Under the pieces are notes generated by a model. The model did no database searches, was not told the DNA's origin, and saw nothing but the letters and a program-made list of their open reading frames with translations. 64,000 nt of DNA, taken from NCBI GenBank assembly GCA_035461105.1, contig DATHVV010000063.1, positions 46,446-110,445 of the forward strand, given 5' to 3'. Source of the stretch: Longimicrobiales bacterium (lineage in GTDB: Bacteria; Gemmatimonadota; Gemmatimonadetes; Longimicrobiales; RSA9). The position numbers and the translations under genes are program-made. Of the stretch, positions 21,058 through 29,871 are shown piece by piece; within the stretch, counting starts at the first letter, position 1; the number at the start of each line of letters is the position of its first letter.

Positions 21058-22199
21058 TCCATCCTGCCCCCGTTCGTGCCGGGCGACGTCTCACCCAGGG
21101 TGCGCACCGCGGCGGCGCGTCCCCGTGGCGTCAACCGCAGAACGCCGTCGGCGCCCCGCTCGATCCAGCCCTCGCGCGCGGCGCCGCGCACCACGCGTCG
21201 CGCGAACTCCGGTGTCCAGCGCAGGTGCTCGCCGAGGTGGCTCTCCCGGCTCTCGGGCACGGCCGCGGCCGTGCCCTCGTGCTGCAGCAGGTGAATGGTA
21301 AGCATGAGCTGTGCGAAGTCCACGCGCTGGCGGCGGCGCCGGTGGGCGAGGGCGAGCAGTCCGCGCTCGCGCCCGAACAGCAGCGCCGTCATGAAGATGA
21401 CGCCCGCGGCTGCGGCCATGCAGCCCGCGATCGAGGCATCGACCCACCACGCGATCCAGAACCCGCCCAGCGCCGCCACCGCGGCGAGCCCGGCCGAGAG
21501 CAGCAGCACGACCGCGAGCCGATCGGAGAGCAGGTAGGCGGCGGCCGGGGGCGCGATCATGAGCGCCACCACCAGGATCGAGCCGACCGCGTCGAAAGCA
21601 CCCACCGCGGTGATCGAGACCAGGCCCATGAACGCGTAATGCAGCAGCACCGGCGAGAATCCGAGCGCGGCGGCCAGCGCGGGATCGAACGTGGAGAGCT
21701 TGAGCTCCTTGTAGAACGCCACGATCACGACCAGCTCGAGCACGAGGATCCCGCCCATGACGTAGAGCGTGCGCGGCCCGAGATCGATGCCCCCGACCTC
21801 GAGCCGGCGGAAGGGCGCGAACGCGATCTCGCCGAGCAGCACCGCGTCCGTGTCCAGGTGCACGTTGCCGGCGTAGCGGGCGATCAGCAGCACCGCGATG
21901 CTGAAGAGGGCGGGGAAGACCAGCCCGATGGAGGTATCCTCGCGCACCAGCCCGGTCCGGCGCAGCGCCTCGACGAGCGCGACCGTGAGCACCCCGGTCG
22001 CGGCCGCGCCCAGCATGAGCAGCGGCGAGGCCATGTTCCGGGTAAGAAAGAACGCGAGCACGATGCCGAGCAGCACCGTGTGGCTGATCGCATCGCTCAT
22101 GAGCGACATGCGGCGCAGCACCAGGAACACGCCCGGCAGCGCGCACGCCACCGCGACCACCACCGCGACCAGCTGGATCTCCAGCGCGATGCTCAGCAT
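21042..22199 (-). CDS. metal (Mn/Zn/Fe) ABC importer permease (ABC-3 family) with a ~100-aa C-terminal wHTH-like extension
   Basis: ABC-3 hallmarks are present (RRMSLMSDAISHTVLLGIV). The start shares one nt with the preceding stop (TGATG). The extension is described in the findings. Confidence 0.85.
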   Translation of the reverse strand: MLSIALEIQLVAVVVAVACALPGVFLVLRRMSLMSDAISHTVLLGIVLAFFLTRNMASPLLMLGAAATGVLTVALVEALRRTGLVREDTSIGLVFPALFSIAVLLIARYAGNVHLDTDAVLLGEIAFAPFRRLEVGGIDLGPRTLYVMGGILVLELVVIVAFYKELKLSTFDPALAAALGFSPVLLHYAFMGLVSITAVGAFDAVGSILVVALMIAPPAAAYLLSDRLAVVLLLSAGLAAVAALGGFWIAWWVDASIAGCMAAAAGVIFMTALLFGRERGLLALAHRRRRQRVDFAQLMLTIHLLQHEGTAAAVPESRESHLGEHLRWTPEFARRVVRGAAREGWIERGADGVLRLTPRGRAAAVRTLGETSPGTNGGRMEWQEA

Positions 22200-23314
22200 C
22201 AGGCGCCGCCCGTCCGGTCGCGCTCGACCTGCGCCCGGCCGCTCGCCGTGATGTGCCAGCGACCCTGCTCGTCGCTGCGGGCCAACTCGTCCTCGGCCAG
22301 CTGGGCCAGCGCCCGCCGCACCACCGAGCGGCCGCGCAGCGCGTCCAGCACACCCACCTCGTGACCGTGCACGGCCGCACCGTGCTGCCGGGCGAGCGCG
22401 TACAGGTCATCGAGCACCGCCTCGGCACCGACCGCGTGCCGCTGCCGGCGTCGCCGCAGCGCCGCCCAGACCAGGCCGCGCTCGGGAGCGAGCGTGAACG
22501 AGAGCGCGACCACGGTGGTGGCCGCGAGCACGATCATGGGCCCGGTCGGGATGTGGCTGCCGGTCGCGCTGATCACCGCGCCCGTCACACCCGCGATCGC
22601 GCCGAACAGCGCCGCCAGCAGCACCATGATCGTGAGCGAGTTGGTCCACTGCCGCGCCGCCGCCGCCGGCGCGATCACCATCGCGCTCATCAGCACCACG
22701 CCCACGGTCTGCAGTCCGATCACGATCGCCAGCACCAGCGCGCTGGTGAGCAGCACATCCAGCACCCGCACCGGAAAGCCCAGCGTGGCCGCGAAGTCGC
22801 GATCGAAGCTGAGCAGCTTGAACTCCTTCCAGAACAACGCCACGCAACCCAGCGCCAGCGCGCCCAGCAGCGCGATCGTGATCACGTCGCGCTCCAGCAG
22901 CGTGGCGGCCTGACCGAACAGGAAGCGGTCCAGGCCCGCCTGCGACGCGGTCGGCCGGCGCTGCACGAACGTCAGCAGCACCAGCCCCACGCCGAAGAAC
23001 ACCGACAGCACGATGCCGAGCGCCGCGTCCTCCGGCACGCGCGTCGAGCGCACCACCAGCATCACCAGCAGCGTGCCCAGCCAGCCGGCGATCGCCGCGC
23101 CCAGCACCAGCACCAGCGTCGCCTTCGAGCCGGTCAGCGCGAAGGCCAGCACGATGCCGGGCAGCGCCGCGTGCGAGATCGCATCACCCAGCAGGCTCTG
23201 GCGGCGCAGCACCGCGAAGGTACCGAGCACGCCGCTCACGATGCCCAGCGCCGCGGTGCCGAGCGCCACCGTGCGCAGCGTGTAGTCGAAGAACAGATCC
23301 TGGAAGACGCTCAT
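22199..23314 (-). CDS. metal ABC importer permease (ABC-3 family), paralogue, also with a C-terminal extension
   Basis: ORF 22199..24010 trimmed to [16 protein letters not shown] (ATG at 23314, ATGA overlap with the ATPase stop). Contains [19 protein letters not shown]. Confidence 0.85.
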   Translation of the reverse strand: MSVFQDLFFDYTLRTVALGTAALGIVSGVLGTFAVLRRQSLLGDAISHAALPGIVLAFALTGSKATLVLVLGAAIAGWLGTLLVMLVVRSTRVPEDAALGIVLSVFFGVGLVLLTFVQRRPTASQAGLDRFLFGQAATLLERDVITIALLGALALGCVALFWKEFKLLSFDRDFAATLGFPVRVLDVLLTSALVLAIVIGLQTVGVVLMSAMVIAPAAAARQWTNSLTIMVLLAALFGAIAGVTGAVISATGSHIPTGPMIVLAATTVVALSFTLAPERGLVWAALRRRRQRHAVGAEAVLDDLYALARQHGAAVHGHEVGVLDALRGRSVVRRALAQLAEDELARSDEQGRWHITASGRAQVERDRTGGA

Positions 23315-24114
23315 CCGAGCGCTCGCACATCGCCCGGCGAAGGACTCGCGTAGAACGGGACGCGCCCGCCGTAGGTGTGACGGAGGTTGTCCTCGGTGAA
23401 TACGTCGGCTACCGGACCCACCGCGATGCGGCGTACGTTCAGCAGCGTGACCCAGTCGAAGTACTCGGGCACGGTTTGCAGGGCATGATGTACTACCACC
23501 ACCGTGTCCCCCGCCGCGCGCAGCTGCTGCAGCACCGTCACGATCGCGCGCTCCGTCTTCGCGTCCACGCCCTGGAACGGCTCGTCCATCAGGTACACGC
23601 GCGCATCCTGCACCAGCGCCCGTGCCAGGAACACACGCTGCTGCTGCCCGCCCGAGAGCTGGCTGATCTGACGGCCCGCATAATCCACCATATCTACCTG
23701 CGCCAGCGCCGCGAGCGCCTGCTCCCGCTCGCGCCGCCCCGGACGCCGCAGCCAACCGAGCGCGCCATAGCGGCCCATGGTGACCACGTCCAGCACCGAT
23801 GTCGGGAAATCCCAGTCCACACTGCCGCGCTGCGGCACGTACGCGACCAGCCGCCGGTTCTCCGCGTAGGGTCGACCGTGCACCAGCACCTGTCCGGCCG
23901 CGGCGCGTACCAGGCCCAGGATCGCCTTGATGAGCGTGCTCTTGCCTGCGCCATTGGGGCCGACGATCGCCATCAGCACGCCCGCCGGTACCGTCAGGTC
24001 GATGTCCCACAGCACCGGATGCTCCCGGTACGCCACCGTCAGGTCGTTCACCTCGATGGCCGGCGTCGCTCCATTCGCCTTCGGACCCCGGCCCGAGCCC
24101 CGCTCCTCACCCAC
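23311..24114 (-). CDS. metal ABC importer ATP-binding protein
   Basis: Walker [10 protein letters not shown], signature LSGGQQQR, Walker B VYLMDEP. Overlaps the SBP gene by 8 nt. Confidence 0.9.
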   Translation of the reverse strand: MGEERGSGRGPKANGATPAIEVNDLTVAYREHPVLWDIDLTVPAGVLMAIVGPNGAGKSTLIKAILGLVRAAAGQVLVHGRPYAENRRLVAYVPQRGSVDWDFPTSVLDVVTMGRYGALGWLRRPGRREREQALAALAQVDMVDYAGRQISQLSGGQQQRVFLARALVQDARVYLMDEPFQGVDAKTERAIVTVLQQLRAAGDTVVVVHHALQTVPEYFDWVTLLNVRRIAVGPVADVFTEDNLRHTYGGRVPFYASPSPGDVRALG

Positions 24115-25102
24115 GTCGCCTCCCGCGCTCCGCCCGACGCTCCGCGACCACCGGCGCGCTCAGCGCATCCACGATCGTGTTCACGTTGTGTCTCACCATG
24201 CCGACGTACGTGCCCTCCGGTGTGCCCCCATCGCCCATCGCGTCCGAGAACAGCGAGCCGCCGATCCGTACCTGGAAGCCGCGCGCACGCACCGCCGCCT
24301 GCAAAGCCTCCACGGTGCGCCGCGGGATCGAGGTTTCCACGAATATGGCCGGGATGCGACGTCGCGTGATCTCGTCCGCGAGCCGCTGCATGTCCGCCGT
24401 GCCCGCCTCGCTCGCCGTGCTGATGCCCTGCAGTCCGCGGACCTCGAAGCCGTAGGCCCGGCCGAAGTAGTGGAACGCATCGTGGGCCGTCACGAGCACG
24501 CGCCGCTCGGGTGGAACCTCCGACGCACGCTCGCGCACCCACGCATCCAGCTCCGCCAGCTCGGCGCGGTACGCCTCGGCACGCGCGCGGTACTCGGCAG
24601 CGTACGCCGGATCCAGCTCACCCAGCGTCGTCGCGATCGTGCTCGCCGCGCGCGACCAGAGCGCCACGTCGAACCAGACGTGCGGGTCGTACGATCCCTG
24701 GAACTCGGGCGGCGAGGAGAGCTGCTGCCGATCGATGCCGTCCGTCACCGCCCGCGTCGGACGCCACCGGTTCATCTCCTCCAGCACCTCGCCCATGGCC
24801 GCTTCCAGGTGCAGACCGTTGTAGAACACCAGGTCCGCGGCGGCGAGACGGCGCACATCGCCGGCGCTCGCCTTGTACAGGTGCGGGTCCACGCCCGGAC
24901 CCATGAGCCCAGTCACTTCCACGCGCGATCCCCCGACCTGCTGCACCACGTCCGCGATCATCCCGATCGTGGCCACCACGCGCAACGGCCCCGGCCGGCG
25001 GGTCTCGACGTCCCGCCGCGCGCACCCGGTCCCGAGCAGCACCAGCGCGAGGGCCAGGCTGGCAGCGATTCTCACCATGCGAGTCGGAAACCTCTTGCTC
25101 AT
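24107..25102 (-). CDS. metal-binding lipoprotein, cluster A-I SBP (ZnuA/MntC/TroA/PsaA family)
   Basis: Lipobox LVLLGTGC. Blocks: [22 protein letters not shown]. Confidence 0.9.
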   Translation of the reverse strand: MSKRFPTRMVRIAASLALALVLLGTGCARRDVETRRPGPLRVVATIGMIADVVQQVGGSRVEVTGLMGPGVDPHLYKASAGDVRRLAAADLVFYNGLHLEAAMGEVLEEMNRWRPTRAVTDGIDRQQLSSPPEFQGSYDPHVWFDVALWSRAASTIATTLGELDPAYAAEYRARAEAYRAELAELDAWVRERASEVPPERRVLVTAHDAFHYFGRAYGFEVRGLQGISTASEAGTADMQRLADEITRRRIPAIFVETSIPRRTVEALQAAVRARGFQVRIGGSLFSDAMGDGGTPEGTYVGMVRHNVNTIVDALSAPVVAERRAERGRRRG

Positions 25103-25105
25103 TTC

Positions 25106-25124
25106 TTAGGCCAAGCTAAACTTT
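25106..25124. promoter_or_regulatory. candidate DtxR/MntR-type operator in the divergent promoter (TTAGGCCAAGCTAAACTTT)
   Basis: An AT-richer patch in the 49-bp spacer. Its TTAG-N6-CTAA symmetry matches about 12 of 19 positions of the classical DtxR box TTAGGTTAGCCTAACCTAA, by my own alignment. A DtxR-family gene closes the operon. Confidence 0.3.
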
Positions 25125-25151
25125 GGTTTTGGATCACGTCAAGGAGACGAT

Positions 25152-27359
25152 ATGCGGTGTCGGTGGCTGGCCGTGGCGATCGGGCTCGGGCTGGGCGGCA
25201 CCCCGGCCTGGGGCCAGACGGTGCTGGAGGGCCGGGTGGAAGACGGGAGCGGGCTGGCGCTCGCGCGGGCGGAAGTGGTGCTCCAGCCGCTGGGTCGGAA
25301 TGCGGTGACGGATCGCGATGGGCGGTTCCGCTGGCGGGGTCTGGCGCCGGGGCGCTACCGGGTGCTGGCGGCGCGTATCGGGTACGCGCCGGCGGAGGTG
25401 TCGTTGACGCTGGGGGCGGGCGACAGCGTGCTGGTGGTGGTGCGGCTGGAGGCGTCGCCGCTGGAGCTACCTGGCCTGGAGGCGAGCGCGAGCATCGGTG
25501 CGCGGGATCCGTCGGCGGTGATCCAGGCGACGACGCAGCTGTCGGGGCGCAGCCTGGAGCGTGAGGTGGGCGGAAGCATTGCGCAGACGCTGCGCTACCA
25601 GCCGGGGGTGGCGGTGCGGTTCATGGGTCCGGGGGCGGCAGCGCCGGTGCTGCGGGGCTTGACTGGGGACCGGGTGCTGATGCTGCAGGACGGACAGCGG
25701 AGCGCGGATCTGTCGGGTTCGGCGGACGATCATGGTACGACCGCGGACCCACTGGCGGCCCAGCGCGTGGAAGTCGTGCGCGGTCCGGCGACGCTGCTGT
25801 ACGGGAACAATGCGCTGGGCGGCGTGGTGAACGTGATCTCCGGGGATGTTGCGAGCAGCATCCCCCATCGCGCGGAGGTCTCGCTCGCCGCGCACACGGA
25901 GAGTGCGTATCCGGGGGGGGCGGCGAGCGTACGCACGATCGTTCCGCTGGGTGCGGCAGTGGCGCTCACGGCGCGGGCCGGGGGACGCAGTGCCGGTGAC
26001 ATGCGGATCGGTGCCGACCCGGTGCTCGGCGACCGGCTGCGCAACACGGCGGCCCGATCGTGGAACGGGGCGGTCGGGTTGTCGCGGGTGAGCGGCGGGT
26101 GGACGGCGGGCGCGGCGGTGCGCGGCCACGGCTTCGCCTACGGGTTGCCGGTGCCGCCCGGGGCGGCGCCGGTGAGCCTGGAGGGATCGCGCCGGGAGGT
26201 GATCGCGCGGGCGGAGGCGGAGCTCGGACGCGGCGTGCTGGGCTCGGGCCGACTCGACGGGACGGTGCAGGATTACGGGCACGACGAGCTCGATGGCGAG
26301 GGCGCGGTTCAGCAGCGTTTCGCGCTGGCCACGCGCACGCTCACGCTGCAGCTGCGCCAGCGCGCGACCGGCCCGCTGCGCGACGGCGCGTGGGGAGTGT
26401 CGCTGCTCGAGAAGCGATACGCGGCCACCGGTCCGGCGGCGCTCACCCCGTCGGCACGTTCCGGGGCGTGGGGGCTGTTCGGCTTCCAGGAGCTGGGCTT
26501 CGGCGCCGGCCCTTCGCTGCAGCTGGGCGCCCGCATCGACGAGTACTCGATCCGGTCGCGCGCGGACGACAAGTTCGGACCGGCCCGATCGCGCCGGCTG
26601 CGTGCGTGGTCCGGGTCGGCCGGGCTGCGCCAGGAGCTGGCCCCGGGCGTGGCGGCGAGCTTCACCTATGCGCGATCGTTCCGCGCGCCCACGGTGGAAG
26701 AGCTGTTCTCGGGCGCGCCCCACGCGGGAACGGGGGCGGTGGAGTACGGGAACGCGGCGCTGCGCGCGGAGCGCGGTGCCTCCGTGGAGGGGCTGGTCCA
26801 CGTGCGGCGCAGCGGCGTGCAGGCGCAGCTCGCGGTGTATCGCAACCGCATTGACGACTACATCGCGCTCGAGCACGTCGGCGACACGCTGATCGGCGGG
26901 GCGCAGCTCCCGGTCTACGTGTACGGCCAGCAGACGGCGGTGCTGCGCGGGGCCGAGGGGTCGACGGAGTTTGCGCTGGGCCGGACGCTGGCGCTCGGCG
27001 TGCGCGGCGACGTCCTGCACGCGGCGCGGACGTCGGGCCTGCCGCTTTCGTTCATGCCGCCCGCCCGCCTGGGTGCGCACCTGCGCTGGGACGACGGGCG
27101 GTTCGCGCTGGGCGGCGAGCTGCACCACGAGTTCGCACAGCTGCGGGTCGGGGCCGGCGAGGAGCGACCCACGCCCGCGCACACGCTGCTGCGGCTGGAC
27201 GCCGCAGTGCGCCTGCGCATCGGCGGGCACACGCATTCCCTCACGCTGCGCGCCGAGAACCTGACCGACGAGCTGCACCGGGAGGCCACCAGCCGGATCA
27301 AGGACTGGGCGCCGGCGGCCGGCCGCAACATCGCCCTGGGCTACCGGGCCTGGTTCTGA
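25152..27359 (+). CDS. TonB-dependent outer-membrane receptor with N-terminal CarboxypepD_reg-like domain
   Basis: Signal peptide; GRVEDGSG...GRYRVLAARIGY (carboxypeptidase-regulatory-like fold); plug motifs (VEVVRGPATLLYGNNALGGVVNV); terminal aromatic ...GYRAWF. AAGGAG lies upstream. Confidence 0.85.
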   Translation: MRCRWLAVAIGLGLGGTPAWGQTVLEGRVEDGSGLALARAEVVLQPLGRNAVTDRDGRFRWRGLAPGRYRVLAARIGYAPAEVSLTLGAGDSVLVVVRLEASPLELPGLEASASIGARDPSAVIQATTQLSGRSLEREVGGSIAQTLRYQPGVAVRFMGPGAAAPVLRGLTGDRVLMLQDGQRSADLSGSADDHGTTADPLAAQRVEVVRGPATLLYGNNALGGVVNVISGDVASSIPHRAEVSLAAHTESAYPGGAASVRTIVPLGAAVALTARAGGRSAGDMRIGADPVLGDRLRNTAARSWNGAVGLSRVSGGWTAGAAVRGHGFAYGLPVPPGAAPVSLEGSRREVIARAEAELGRGVLGSGRLDGTVQDYGHDELDGEGAVQQRFALATRTLTLQLRQRATGPLRDGAWGVSLLEKRYAATGPAALTPSARSGAWGLFGFQELGFGAGPSLQLGARIDEYSIRSRADDKFGPARSRRLRAWSGSAGLRQELAPGVAASFTYARSFRAPTVEELFSGAPHAGTGAVEYGNAALRAERGASVEGLVHVRRSGVQAQLAVYRNRIDDYIALEHVGDTLIGGAQLPVYVYGQQTAVLRGAEGSTEFALGRTLALGVRGDVLHAARTSGLPLSFMPPARLGAHLRWDDGRFALGGELHHEFAQLRVGAGEERPTPAHTLLRLDAAVRLRIGGHTHSLTLRAENLTDELHREATSRIKDWAPAAGRNIALGYRAWF

Positions 27360-27382
27360 GCGCGGCGGCGTGCTCGGTCGGA

Positions 27383-27452
27383 GCGCGGCAGCGCGGCGCT
27401 TCGGGGCGCGGCAGCGTATCGGTTCCCGGGCGCGGCAGCGTGTCGGGATTTT
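27383..27452 (+). repeat. three tandem ~24-bp direct repeats with core GCGCGGCAGCG
   Basis: The cores are at 27383, 27406 and 27430, read directly. They lie between the TonB receptor stop and the acyl-CoA synthetase start. Confidence 0.7.
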
Positions 27453-27587
27453 CCCCATCGGAATGCGGTTTCCCCCGCTCGCCGGCCCGGCGGGCGGGGG
27501 CCTAGCTTGCGCTGCAGCGGCGGCCGAAGCGGCCGCCGCGGCTCGCGCGGATGCGCGGGGCACTTCCCATGGGGGGACGGATCCGGA

Positions 27588-29702
27588 ATGGTAAAGGTGG
27601 AGGGGCCGCTGCGGCCCATTTTCGAGCCGGTCTCGATCGCGGTCATCGGCGCGAGCCGGACTCCGGGCACGGTGGGCTACGAGCTCGTGCACAACCTGCT
27701 AGCGGACGGCTTCACGGGTGCGATCTACCCGGTGAACCCGAATGCGGTCGCGGTGCACTCGATCCCGGCGTACCCCTCGATCGAAGCGGTGCCGCACGCG
27801 ATCGACCTGGGCATCATCTCGGTGCCGAAGGAGCTGGTGGTGGCGACGGCGGAAGCGTGCGGTCGGAAGGGTGTGCGTTGCCTGGTCGTGATCTCGGCCG
27901 GCTTCAAGGAGGTGGGACCGGCCGGCCAGGAGCGCGAGGCGGCGCTGCTGGAGGTGGCGCATCGTTACGGCATGCGCATGATCGGGCCGAACTGCCTGGG
28001 CGTGCTGAACACCGCGCCGGGCATCTCGATGAATGCGACGTTCGCGCCGATCATGCCGCCGCCGGGCCCGGTGAGCTTCATGAGCCAGTCGGGGGCGATG
28101 GGGGTCACCATCCTCGATTACGCGGCCGAGTACGGCATCGGTGTGAACCACTTCGTGTCCGTCGGCAACAAGGCGGACGTGAGCGGCAACGACCTGATCG
28201 AATACTGGGCCGAGGATCCGGCGACGCGCGTCATCCTCATGTACCTGGAGAACTTCGGCAACCCGCAGAAGTTCACCCGGCTGGCGCGCGAGGTGACGCG
28301 CACCAAGCCGATCATCGCGGTGAAGGCGGGACGTACGGCGGCCGGGGCGCGGGCGGCGTCCTCGCACACGGGCGCGCTGGCGGGACTCGACAGCGCCACT
28401 GACGCGCTGCTCGAGCAGTGCGGCGTGCTGCGCGTGGACACCGTCGAAGACCTGTTCGATCTGGCCATGGCGTTCAGCCAGCTGCCGGTGCCCAGGGGCA
28501 ATCGCGTGGCGATCGTGACGAACGCGGGCGGTCCCGGCATCATCATCGCCGACGCCTGCGAGTCGTACGGCCTCTCGATCGTGGAGCTCTCCGAGCCGAC
28601 CCAGGCGAAGCTGCGCGCATCGCTCCCCGAGGAGGCGGCCGTACGCAACCCGGTGGATATGATCGCGAGCGCCACCCCGGACACCTACCGGCTGGCGCTG
28701 GACGCGGTGCTGCAGGATGAGAACGTGGATGCGGTGATCGCCGCGTTCGTGCCACCGCTGCGCGTGCGCCAGCAGGACGTGGCCCGGGCCATCGTCGAGG
28801 TGCGCAATGCGCATCCGGGCAAGCCCATGCTCGCGGTGCTGATGGGCCGCAAGGGACTGCCGGAGGGCCGCGCCGAGCTCTCCGAGGCGGGTGTGCCCGC
28901 CTACATCTTCCCCGAGTCCGCGGCCAGCGCGCTCGCGCACATGGACCGCTACCGCCGGTGGCTGGCACGGCCGCGCGGCTGCGTGCGCGAGTTCGAGGTG
29001 GACCGCGCTGCCGCCGACGCGGTGCTCGCGCGCGCCGGCACGAACCCGGACGGGTACCTGCCGGGCCCCGATGTGCTGGCGCTGCTGCGCGCTTACGGCC
29101 TGCCCACGCTGCAGTCGCGCTTCGCGGCGAACGGTAACGCGGCGGCACGCGTCGCCGAGGAGCTCGGCCTGCCGGTCGTCATGAAAGTCGTATCGCCCGA
29201 CATCGTGCACAAAACCGACGTCGGCGGCGTTGCCCTCGACCTGCGCACGGCCGACGAGGTGAGGCGGGGCTGGGACGCGATGCGCGAGCGGATCGCCGAG
29301 CGCATGCCGGCCGCGCGCATCGAGGGCGTCATGGTCGAGCAGTACGTGCGCGGCGGCCGCGAGACGATCATCGGGATGAGCCACGATCCCTCGTTCGGGC
29401 CGGTGCTGATGTTCGGCCTCGGCGGCATCTACGTCGAGGCGCTGCAGGACGTGACGTTCCGGATCCACCCGGTGAGCGATATCGATGCGCACGAGATGGT
29501 GCGCGCGATCCGCGGCGTGAAGCTGTTGCAGGGCGTACGCGGCGAGCCGCCCGCGGACCTGGCGGCCGCCGAGGAGGCGATCCAGCGGATCTCGCAGCTG
29601 GTCGGCGACTACCCGCAGATCGCGGAGCTGGACATCAACCCGTTCGTGATCTTCCAGAGCGGCGGTGTGGCGGTCGATGCCCGCATTCGCGTGGCCGGCT
29701 GA
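27588..29702 (+). CDS. ADP-forming acetyl/acyl-CoA synthetase (fused alpha+beta, NDP-forming family; Pat-like N-domain without GNAT)
   Basis: ORF trimmed to MVKVEGPLRPIFEPVSIAVIGASRTPG (ATG at 27588). CoA-binding and succinyl-CoA-synthetase-like blocks are present (GPNCLGV, SQSGA), plus a C-terminal ATP-grasp domain. Confidence 0.85.
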   Translation: MVKVEGPLRPIFEPVSIAVIGASRTPGTVGYELVHNLLADGFTGAIYPVNPNAVAVHSIPAYPSIEAVPHAIDLGIISVPKELVVATAEACGRKGVRCLVVISAGFKEVGPAGQEREAALLEVAHRYGMRMIGPNCLGVLNTAPGISMNATFAPIMPPPGPVSFMSQSGAMGVTILDYAAEYGIGVNHFVSVGNKADVSGNDLIEYWAEDPATRVILMYLENFGNPQKFTRLAREVTRTKPIIAVKAGRTAAGARAASSHTGALAGLDSATDALLEQCGVLRVDTVEDLFDLAMAFSQLPVPRGNRVAIVTNAGGPGIIIADACESYGLSIVELSEPTQAKLRASLPEEAAVRNPVDMIASATPDTYRLALDAVLQDENVDAVIAAFVPPLRVRQQDVARAIVEVRNAHPGKPMLAVLMGRKGLPEGRAELSEAGVPAYIFPESAASALAHMDRYRRWLARPRGCVREFEVDRAAADAVLARAGTNPDGYLPGPDVLALLRAYGLPTLQSRFAANGNAAARVAEELGLPVVMKVVSPDIVHKTDVGGVALDLRTADEVRRGWDAMRERIAERMPAARIEGVMVEQYVRGGRETIIGMSHDPSFGPVLMFGLGGIYVEALQDVTFRIHPVSDIDAHEMVRAIRGVKLLQGVRGEPPADLAAAEEAIQRISQLVGDYPQIAELDINPFVIFQSGGVAVDARIRVAG

Positions 29703-29720
29703 ACCAGGAGATGGCATGGA

Positions 29721-29750
29721 AGGGGCGGTCCGCAATCGCGGGCGGCCCCT
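29721..29750 (+). terminator. imperfect GC hairpin after the acyl-CoA synthetase gene (AGGGGCGGTCCGC-AAT-CGCGGGCGGCCCCT), no U-tract
   Basis: 13 stem positions, including 1 mismatch and 1 G-U wobble pair, read directly. Confidence 0.35.
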
Positions 29751-29871
29751 GCTCACGACCACAGCGAGCGTCCCGTGGCAGCGGCCCGCACGCCCCGGAA
29801 CGCCGACGTCCCCCTCGGGGCGCGGCAGCAGTTGACACGCGGGGCACGGGCCGTGCACCGCACCGTGCGCC

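Noticed and set aside
22199-24010. The 603-aa ORF taken at face value as one protein
   Set aside because: Its first 232 aa overlap the ATPase gene in another frame and look like shadow sequence. The permease begins at MSVFQDLFF (23314), with an ATGA overlap to the ATPase stop. The same logic was used to trim ORFs 10681..11985, 37522..39606, 57305..59293, 54894..55556, 15666..17963 and others.
27370-27594. 74-aa ORF with a repeated GARQR(I/V)G peptide
   Set aside because: The peptide repeat is simply the translation of the 24-bp DNA direct repeats in an intergenic spacer. There is no SD, and it overlaps the real start of the acyl-CoA synthetase gene.
29832-29837. Perfect TTGACA hexamer upstream of the DUF2254 gene as a -35 box
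   Set aside because: No acceptable -10 element lies 16-18 bp downstream (GCACCG). A single hexamer is not enough evidence to call a promoter.
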